Virus record (IMG/VR): IMGVR_UViG_3300028018_000002
Location: 1 to 51,358 of that record
Length of the DNA: 51,358 nt
From: a virus
Taxonomy: Duplodnaviria > Caudoviricetes
Strand: one strand, 5' to 3'
Position 1 is the first letter of the stretch. Each line of letters opens with the position of its first letter. Shown here in pieces: positions 45,101 to 51,358 of this stretch. The translations under genes and the position numbers were made by a program. A model generated the notes under the pieces. It had not been told where the DNA came from, did not search any database, and saw nothing but the letters and a program-made list of their open reading frames with translations.

Positions 45101-46365
45101 TGCAGCGACAGTTCGGTTTTGAGTCTGTGGAGGTGCTGGAGTTTATCAGCCAGCAGAGTGAGCGTGTGTTCACCGGTCTCGCGGCGATGATCGTGCCACT
45201 GCAAGGTGAGACGGACGCACTGACTGCACGGTTCACCGCCAATGCTGACGCCATCAAAGCGAACGAGGAAGAAGTCACCAAGCTCACGACGGCCAGAGAT
45301 GAACTGGAGCAGGAGACTGACGAGTGGAAGGAGGCCGATGAAGCACTGAACGCGGCTCTCACAGAGCAGACCAGACTCGCTCTGGAGTTAATTGGAATCA
45401 CGGACGATCAAACCGCTGCCGCTGGCGAGAACAAGGCGGCGTTGGAAGCGTTCGGATTGGTTGCGGTCGGTGCGTTTGGTGCTGCGGTCGAAGCGGGTCT
45501 TGGATTTGTCGAGGCAGCGAGGTTATCCGAACCAGCCATTAGCGCTATCAGCACAGCGTTTGAAGCACTTGGTCTGACCAGCGACAACGTCGCGTTCCGG
45601 CACCTTACCAGATGGAACGAGTTGATCTTGCAAAACGAAGGCTTGGTCAATTCGGTCGATGCGTTCGACGACGTGCTGGTTGGGTTGTCACTCACTGGCG
45701 GTCTGACCGGAGAGGCGCTGGAGGCGATGGGGTTGCTAGCTAATGATCAGTTCGACCGCTTGATTGCGGCTGGCTTCACGCAGAACGAAGCGCTGCTCAT
45801 GATGGCACCGAACATCTTTGCGCTGGTTGACGCCTACGAAGCGTTAGGCATCCCGATTGACGAGGACACGCAGCGACTCCTCGACATGGCTCTCGCGAAC
45901 GGCGCAGTCAGGCCAGAGGATCAGATCGACGGGTGGCAACTGGTCACTGATGCAATCGTCGCACTCGGCTCGACGCTTGAAGCTCTAATCTTGAAGATTG
46001 CTGGCGTGCCGAATGCCGAGGTTGATGTGGAGTACGACGACCCGGGCCACTCGCCGAACATTCCACACCGCGTCCGAGTTGAAGTGGAGTACAGAGGCGA
46101 GCGCAGCGGTTATGAACCGCCGCACGGAGGCGGCGATCAGGGATACGGCGATTTCGCACACGGCGGCGTGGGTAGCTTCGGCAGCGGCACGCTGGCGATG
46201 CTGCATGGACGCGAAGCGATCATCCCACTGGAAGGCGGTGCGGTGCCGGTCGACATCAGTGGTGACGGTGATGATGACGCGATGTTGTCTGAATTGAAGG
46301 CACTCCGAGAAGAGATGGAATTGTTGCCGGTGCATCTGCGAGACGCACTGATCACGAGTCAATAA
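42172..46365 (+). CDS. Tape measure protein (TP901 family)
   Basis: 1397 aa. FEKEMSGVAAVTGAT, FTASQSAEAM, LDLAAAG, DNLAGAF..LKSA; central hydrophobic segments. Confidence 0.93.
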   Translation: MAVNAGRIEAILDLKNRMSAKLRAVMKDTDTFQKKMDEMGQKATRLGGAMTAGITVPLGIIAAQSVKTFASFEKEMSGVAAVTGATGEDFGKLEGLAKKMGETTIFTASQSAEAMRAFGLAGFETDEIMSALGPTLDLAAAGSMSMGEAADVAAKVTKGYGIEAEGTAHAMDVLTKAFTTSNTNLSELAGAFKMVGPVAKTAGVSFEMTTAALQTMADSGIIGTMAGRQLRRAMLRLVNPPGEAAKALAKLGVETSTASGRMRPFDEIVSELEPHLQNTAAMAEIFGTVAMPGMIAVLEKGTGELRKMTAALEDSDGTGKRIADTMVDNLAGAFTLLKSAVEGVWLAIGKQLEPVLRVLMDVFTQVMHFVSGSLIPGLAKLNPTLKLVALALVAAVAAAGPLILAFGMLAPSLPAIVAAFGAVAGAISLPAIAIGALVAVLVVWFAKQERVRKLVLAVGKVLIGLGRIVGITVVAAFNTLVTMIEEAMDTIGLFIDAISFGYAGKALDLLTKGLDMAGDAMMNLGKKTDDMADRAEELRGAVKKLLTGDASMANLRNMWWQLTKTGAGTDELFRELAQSAVDLAAITGEDVPDGLADLIDRLGVTSDVLTNDLNPAVVESDENWRKIATTWREGTIPQALDMMTALQSLGDITKLTEAEQDALNDTLHTAMQKYDALGEAVPQDIMDTWLATLQTPDVGGPIKIYGDLIQPPKLSDMKGWFEVGGQVYADFENGFKDQIGTVSLLDAALAPPAAFPEQMYTTGKRIASSLKTGFVDVISAIPQTVLDAFTGGGGISGALKGIGSMFGSMIGSNIGSELGKNIAKSGTKMGKAFGQMLGPLLGAVGALAGPLIGAIVKMFKGQTTQERIAEAVGETWGHAISDGLTETIAETADEIGSDWGGMMMHLAEIFKEAGGVMAFGLEDAISKTRDLFSAVEMGTLTVEQAQVSFGSAFRAIADEVVASGEVANQQFLELLELQRQFGFESVEVLEFISQQSERVFTGLAAMIVPLQGETDALTARFTANADAIKANEEEVTKLTTARDELEQETDEWKEADEALNAALTEQTRLALELIGITDDQTAAAGENKAALEAFGLVAVGAFGAAVEAGLGFVEAARLSEPAISAISTAFEALGLTSDNVAFRHLTRWNELILQNEGLVNSVDAFDDVLVGLSLTGGLTGEALEAMGLLANDQFDRLIAAGFTQNEALLMMAPNIFALVDAYEALGIPIDEDTQRLLDMALANGAVRPEDQIDGWQLVTDAIVALGSTLEALILKIAGVPNAEVDVEYDDPGHSPNIPHRVRVEVEYRGERSGYEPPHGGGDQGYGDFAHGGVGSFGSGTLAMLHGREAIIPLEGGAVPVDISGDGDDDAMLSELKALREEMELLPVHLRDALITSQ

Positions 46366-46367
46366 CG

Positions 46368-48071
46368 ATGCCGACCGTGACACCGACCGTGACGCTCAAC
46401 GCCTACTTTTCTGGTACTGGGTCAGCATCCACCGACATCACGGCTGATGTGCTGTTAGGTGTGCAGCCGTTGCGTGGCAAGTACGGCATCTCAGGCACCG
46501 GTCCCACCGCACGAGTCGGTCGCACTGGGACGCTGACCTTTGCGATGAACAACAGCACGTCAAACAGTGGCGGCGTGCAAGGCTATTACAGTCCCGGTCA
46601 TACCAACGCGAGAACGACTGGTACCGTCGGGTGGAACTTGGGATTGATCCTGTCGGTCACGCTGTCCTACGGCGGGACCAACTACATCAAGTTCATTGGG
46701 ACGCTGACAGATGTGAAGCCTGACGCTGGCGCGTATCAACGCCAAGCCGTGCGGTGCACGGTGCTGGACTGGATGGACGAGGCGGCACGGTCCAAGCTCA
46801 AGGCGCTTGCAGTGCAAACCGGTCAACGCTCCGACCAGTTGGTCACGACGTTGGTGACGAACTCCGTTGGGCGTCAGCCAATCGCGACGGACTACGACAC
46901 CGGACGGTCGACCTTTGCGTATGCACTCGACAACCTCAAGGACAACAAAACCACGGTCCTGAAAGCACTGTCCGATGTGGTGATGTCCGAGATGGGACAC
47001 CTCTACATTCGCGGCACGACCGATGCCGCTGGTGCGAAGGGTGGAGAACTCCGGTTCGAGAACCGTACCGCTCGACTGGCGTATGGCGTATCAAGTCATA
47101 CGTTCGCCAACAACATGGTCGAGTTAGATGCGCGACAGTCGCGCAAGGACATCATCAACCACACCTACGTCGTCGTACATCCGCGAACGCTCGACACCGT
47201 GGCGACCGTGTTGTGGGAACTGACCACTACCGAAGTCGTGCCAAGTGTTGAATCGGGAGAGACGACCACGATCATCGCGGAGTTCACCGACAAGATCATC
47301 ACGGGTGTGGACTTCGGCGCGTCCACATCAACGACCGCACGAGGCGCACAGGTCGCCACGACCAATCTCACCTCTCCAGCGAGCGGAACGGACTGGATTG
47401 CGAACAGCGCCGCCGATGGTAGCGGAAGCAATCTTACGTCTGACATTGCCGTCACGGTTTCCACGACAGCGGCGAACACTGCAACACTGCAACTCGTCAA
47501 CAGTGGCGCAACGAAGGCATACCTGACGACGTTACAGGTACGAGGCATCACGCTGAAGGATCAAACACCGACAACGGTCGACGATGCAGACGCAACGTCT
47601 ATCACCAAGTACGGCGAACAGGACATCCGCATCAACATGCCGTATGAGTCCGACCCTGAACTCGCATTGGAAATTGCCAAGTGGCAGAACGAAGCGACGA
47701 ACAGCGCACGGTTTGTCGTGCGCTCGATGGAGATTGCCGCGAACTCCAATGCCACGCTGATGGAGCAGGCGTTGCTCAGGGAACCGGGAGACAAGATCGG
47801 CATCGATGAAACGATGACCGGTCTGGATAACGATGCGGCATGGCATGTCGGCACGGTGGGTGAGAGTGAGCTTGGCGAGACGACCTACCTCGACTACGAC
47901 CCGAGTGCTGGTGACTTCTTCATCCAAGGCGTGACGTTCACGGTGTCGTCTGGCAACATTCTGAACGTGAAATGGAATCTCAAACCAGCCGATCAGAGTG
48001 GCGCATGGATTCTGGGCGTTGTGGGTGCATCGGAGTTAGGCGAGTCTACGGTACTCGCGTGGGATATCTAG
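46368..48071 (+). CDS. Tail tip / baseplate hub protein
   Basis: Follows the TMP; TDITADV, SE.G.LYI, DATSITKYG motifs. Confidence 0.7.
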   Translation: MPTVTPTVTLNAYFSGTGSASTDITADVLLGVQPLRGKYGISGTGPTARVGRTGTLTFAMNNSTSNSGGVQGYYSPGHTNARTTGTVGWNLGLILSVTLSYGGTNYIKFIGTLTDVKPDAGAYQRQAVRCTVLDWMDEAARSKLKALAVQTGQRSDQLVTTLVTNSVGRQPIATDYDTGRSTFAYALDNLKDNKTTVLKALSDVVMSEMGHLYIRGTTDAAGAKGGELRFENRTARLAYGVSSHTFANNMVELDARQSRKDIINHTYVVVHPRTLDTVATVLWELTTTEVVPSVESGETTTIIAEFTDKIITGVDFGASTSTTARGAQVATTNLTSPASGTDWIANSAADGSGSNLTSDIAVTVSTTAANTATLQLVNSGATKAYLTTLQVRGITLKDQTPTTVDDADATSITKYGEQDIRINMPYESDPELALEIAKWQNEATNSARFVVRSMEIAANSNATLMEQALLREPGDKIGIDETMTGLDNDAAWHVGTVGESELGETTYLDYDPSAGDFFIQGVTFTVSSGNILNVKWNLKPADQSGAWILGVVGASELGESTVLAWDI

Positions 48072-48080
48072 GAGTCGATC

Positions 48081-49364
48081 ATGGCGTATTCAGATCCTCG
48101 TACTTGGGTAACAGGTGAACTCGTGACTGCGGCGCTGATGAACGCCCAGCTGCGGGACAATCTCGACGCGGTTATCGAAGGGACAACCGGCGCGTATGTG
48201 AACGCCGTGACGGGTCCACATGCGATTGGCGGCAGCACGGTCGACTATGTGCGGCTTGGTTTAACCGGTGCGTTCACCTCTGGTGGTGCCAGCACCGTGG
48301 CGTTCGGGACTTATACCTCTGGAGTACTGACCGGTCACAGTGCAGACTCTGCGGCCATCGCTGGCGTCAAATTGAACAACTCGATTGTCACTGCTGGCAA
48401 TTGCACGACCATCGCGCAACTGTGGGTAAGCGAACCACAGATTACGGTCGGTGCTGGTGCGGTCACGAACTCGGCTGCGGTCTACATCGAGGGCGCTGCT
48501 TCCGAAGCCACGAACGATTATGCCCTGTGGGTGGACGCTGGTGCCACGAAACTGGACGGCACGCTAGGCGTTGGTGGCGCGACAACGCTGGACTCGACTC
48601 TCGGGGTTGTGGGGGATGTCCTGATCGGCACCACGACCAATCACGGCGGGCGGGTGAGTATCGAAGAATCGAGTTCGACCACGAACGCTCTAATCCCGAC
48701 GCTTGTTGTCAACGGGGTCACGACTGGGACTGCTGCGACTAACGTCGGAACCGGGATCACGTTTCTCGGTTCCAAGACTGGAGCGGACGATGTCGAGTTG
48801 GGCCAGATTGGATTTCAAAACGGGAACGTTGGTGGCGCGTTCGGGGATTTCGTGGTCAAGAACAACCCCAATGATGCGACCGTAGAGCGTTTCAAGATCC
48901 GGTCGGATGGCTTGGCGATTCTGGCCACCAAGGGGCTGACATTTAACGCCGAAACCGCCGACGCCAACATGCTCGACGATTATGAGGAAGGCACCTGGAG
49001 TCCCGTGCCGAATGGATCGACTGGGTCCGCCGGAACCGCCGCAGATAATCTGGCCGGAAGTTACACCAAAGTTGGGAGACTGGTCGTGGCGACCTGTTAC
49101 GGCTACTTCACCAATCTCGGATCGTGGACTGGTGACGCTCAAATTACCGGTTGGCCGTTTACGCACGGTTCCGGCACGGCATCCTATGGAAGCATCGGGC
49201 AGTTTCCGTCCACCCTTGTAGACGCAGCGATGCGGACCGCCGTCTTTCCCGCGGGCGGTACTATGGTGAATTTTCGCAAGGGTTCTAAGCTTGACGTGGT
49301 GGTGCCTTTTAGCGCGTGGACGACTGGGTCGGGTCTTGCTGTTACCATTTCATATTATACCTAG
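48081..49364 (+). CDS. Tail fibre / receptor-binding protein
   Basis: PRTWVTGELVTAALMN..RDNL N-terminus; Gly/Thr-rich; LDDYEEGTWSP...YTKVGRLV...ITGWPF C-terminal module. Confidence 0.8.
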   Translation: MAYSDPRTWVTGELVTAALMNAQLRDNLDAVIEGTTGAYVNAVTGPHAIGGSTVDYVRLGLTGAFTSGGASTVAFGTYTSGVLTGHSADSAAIAGVKLNNSIVTAGNCTTIAQLWVSEPQITVGAGAVTNSAAVYIEGAASEATNDYALWVDAGATKLDGTLGVGGATTLDSTLGVVGDVLIGTTTNHGGRVSIEESSSTTNALIPTLVVNGVTTGTAATNVGTGITFLGSKTGADDVELGQIGFQNGNVGGAFGDFVVKNNPNDATVERFKIRSDGLAILATKGLTFNAETADANMLDDYEEGTWSPVPNGSTGSAGTAADNLAGSYTKVGRLVVATCYGYFTNLGSWTGDAQITGWPFTHGSGTASYGSIGQFPSTLVDAAMRTAVFPAGGTMVNFRKGSKLDVVVPFSAWTTGSGLAVTISYYT

Positions 49365-49393
49365 TGGAGGCTAAGCACGGACAGGAGGGAAAC

Positions 49394-49669
49394 ATGGCTA
49401 TTACAAAAACCATAGTGCAAGACAGGATCGAAGTGCTGGAACTAGGTCCGGTGCAGGTCAGAACGGCGACGGTTATACGCGAGGACGGCGTGGAATTGAC
49501 GCGCACGTTTCACCGGCACGTACTTGTTCCCAGTGACAAGCGATCTGGTAGCTGGGAGGACACAGACATCTCTGGTGAAGATCCACGTGTGCAAGATATT
49601 TGCACTGCTGCATGGACCCCAGAGGTCAAAGCTGCCTACCAAGCACAGCAAGATGCACTGAACGACTAA
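49394..49669 (+). CDS. Tail-fibre-associated small protein
   Basis: AGGAGG RBS; DRIEV..VQVRTATVI.EDG.EL.RTFHRHV...VQ.IC.A.WT. Confidence 0.7.
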   Translation: MAITKTIVQDRIEVLELGPVQVRTATVIREDGVELTRTFHRHVLVPSDKRSGSWEDTDISGEDPRVQDICTAAWTPEVKAAYQAQQDALND

Positions 49670-49690
49670 CCAACCCAGAGGAGGATAACG

Positions 49691-49906
49691 ATGCATGAGC
49701 AGCAACCGACCGATGAACTGCCGAAGGTCACGATTGACGACTTGCTCAAGATGATTGGCGACAGGGATGTCACCATTCAACGGCAAGGATTACTCATTGC
49801 ACAGCAGAACGCACGGCTAGCTGAACTCGACAAGAGCAACGGCAAAGCCAGCGATGTGACGACGACGGCATTCGACACCAGCACGATGGCGAGTACGACG
49901 CAATGA
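49691..49906 (+). CDS. Small coiled-coil protein
   Basis: GGAGG RBS; coupled to the next gene. Confidence 0.6.
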   Translation: MHEQQPTDELPKVTIDDLLKMIGDRDVTIQRQGLLIAQQNARLAELDKSNGKASDVTTTAFDTSTMASTTQ

Positions 49907-51303
49907 ATTGGGTGAGCGCAATCGTCAGATGGATTGCAAAACTCTTTGAAGGGAAGGAGTCGACGTGCCTCCCGGTGCCGATTGATCCGACACCGCCGAC
50001 AGTTTCGCAACCTGTCGTCGTCGACTCTGACCCTTCACTAGCACCAGACCCACCACTAGACCCACCTGTCGTCGCTGTAACGCACGATCTGCCAGTCTTA
50101 GGTGTGCGACATCAGTCGCGGTTCTTTCACACGCCTGACGGTGCGGTGGTCGATTATCGAGAAGCGACCGCGATGGGGCTGTACCGTCTCTGGCTGGATG
50201 ACGACCGAGCCAAAGTCGATGCGTTGCTGTCGTATTTTAAGCGCCGGAAGATCAACGCGATTCGACCGCTGTTCAACCTAACCTCTGACTACTGGATGCA
50301 CCTGCACCGGCAGAACTCGCACGTCGATGACGGCGATTACTTCTGGGGTCAGTTGGTGCCGTTCATCAATCACTGCGCCTCGTTTGGGATCTACACCAGA
50401 TGTTGTCTGTTCGGCGGCATTGAGCGGTTCGTCGGTCATCAACTCGACTGGGCGCGACGACCGGACGTGGTTAGCGATCACCCTGACGTCATTGCCAAAA
50501 TGCACGCGTACACCGAGCAGTTCGTCGGGACGACCCGCGACCTGCCGTCCGTGCTGTATGAGGTCGCGAACGAGCCATCGCAGATCGGGTTCGGCTACGA
50601 CTCGTCTGTGGTGCGACAACTCGGCGAGCGCATCAAGACACTTGCACCGCATCGTGTGATGAACTTCGGTGCGGCTTGTGACGAGGACAATCTGTACTAC
50701 TGCACCGCACCGGCTGATATCTTCGATGAACATCTACGTCGCATGGACGACTGGGACTATCTGGCGTCGTGCAAACGTCTCATCAATCAGTACGGCCTAG
50801 ACCAGAAGCAGATGCCGTTCATCTCTGGCGAGTTCATGAACCTTGGCAACGTCACCAGACCGGGACGGTCGAACGCTGACGGCACACCAAGCACCGCGAC
50901 GGCGTTGTGTTCATCGGCCATGCTACGACTCAAGCGTGCCATCCCAGCATTCCACGCGCACTGTCTGCTGGTGTGTGATGTGCCTGACCCTGCGACTGAC
51001 GCTGCGCTCGTGGCGTGGTCGACAGGACTCGACCTTATTCCGATGATGTTTCCAGGCAGTGGCTGCAACGGACATTGGACTCATTGCTCGCCGTTCGACC
51101 AAGATATTTTCCCATCGCACGATTCTCAGCACGATACATGGGACGGACCGATTCGCATCTTCGGCTTAAATGGCGCTGACGGCTATCTTGGCGTCTCGAT
51201 ACGAGAACCAGCGGGACACAACCTTATCGCTGACAGACGACCTATTGAGACGGTGCACTTGGAGCAGTGGGGCAAGTGGCAAACTCGGATCATCAGAGCA
51301 TGA
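49903..51303 (+). CDS. Clan GH-A (GH5-like) glycoside hydrolase with Pro-rich linker
   Basis: INAIRP, LYEVANEP (acid/base), DEH, PFISGEF (nucleophile); amphipathic N-terminus plus Pro-rich linker. Confidence 0.55.
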   Translation: MNWVSAIVRWIAKLFEGKESTCLPVPIDPTPPTVSQPVVVDSDPSLAPDPPLDPPVVAVTHDLPVLGVRHQSRFFHTPDGAVVDYREATAMGLYRLWLDDDRAKVDALLSYFKRRKINAIRPLFNLTSDYWMHLHRQNSHVDDGDYFWGQLVPFINHCASFGIYTRCCLFGGIERFVGHQLDWARRPDVVSDHPDVIAKMHAYTEQFVGTTRDLPSVLYEVANEPSQIGFGYDSSVVRQLGERIKTLAPHRVMNFGAACDEDNLYYCTAPADIFDEHLRRMDDWDYLASCKRLINQYGLDQKQMPFISGEFMNLGNVTRPGRSNADGTPSTATALCSSAMLRLKRAIPAFHAHCLLVCDVPDPATDAALVAWSTGLDLIPMMFPGSGCNGHWTHCSPFDQDIFPSHDSQHDTWDGPIRIFGLNGADGYLGVSIREPAGHNLIADRRPIETVHLEQWGKWQTRIIRA

Positions 51304-51356
51304 CGACGGACGGTGTGACGTGGCGGTTTCCGATGCGGTCGTGTCGCGTCTATGAC
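51232..51356. repeat. Terminal direct repeat, right copy
   Basis: Identical to 3-127. Confidence 0.95.
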
Positions 51357-51358
51357 TC

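Noticed and set aside
196-51132. Numerous minus-strand and alternate-frame ORFs in the track
   Set aside because: They are shadows of well-supported + strand genes in GC-rich DNA, with no recognisable motifs or RBSs.
1-51358. Genome-wide abundance of GTCGAC/CGAC/GTCG words as a modification-target signal
   Set aside because: Visible by eye but I cannot quantify it, and it may simply reflect codon usage (GTC, GAC, CGA, ACG). It needs a Markov-model k-mer test.

Overview
This window looks like a complete ~51.2 kb circular or circularly permuted genome of a tailed, siphovirus-like dsDNA phage: bases 3-127 are repeated exactly at 51232-51356. All credible genes lie on the + strand, and I found no integrase, repressor, DNA polymerase or tRNA. 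Gene order: lysis (holin-like, GH108 endolysin); a near-consensus promoter followed by ~600 nt of hairpin-rich non-coding DNA; small early genes, most preceded by a repeated covarying stem-loop; a Ycf46-like AAA ATPase/DUF1257/DUF2997 operon; a TIGR-Tas-like RNA-guided locus (nuclease-less IS110/Nop-domain protein, small Zn finger, and a 28-unit 36-nt dual-repeat array); recombination/replication genes (SSAP-like, Cas4-like, DnaB, RusA); a pseudaminic/nonulosonic-acid-type sugar cluster; a 7-deazaguanine DNA-modification cluster (TGT/DpdA-like, QueC/D/E, FolE, Hpt); packaging, head and tail genes, with two Maf/GT42-like transferase paralogues among the head genes; tail fibre; and a GH-A-like hydrolase. 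The most notable items are the TIGR-like array, a probable virion nonulosonate O-glycosylation system, an AAA+ domain with Walker B before Walker A, the repeated structured intergenic element, and a candidate large ncRNA. All family assignments come from motif recognition by eye; no searches were run.
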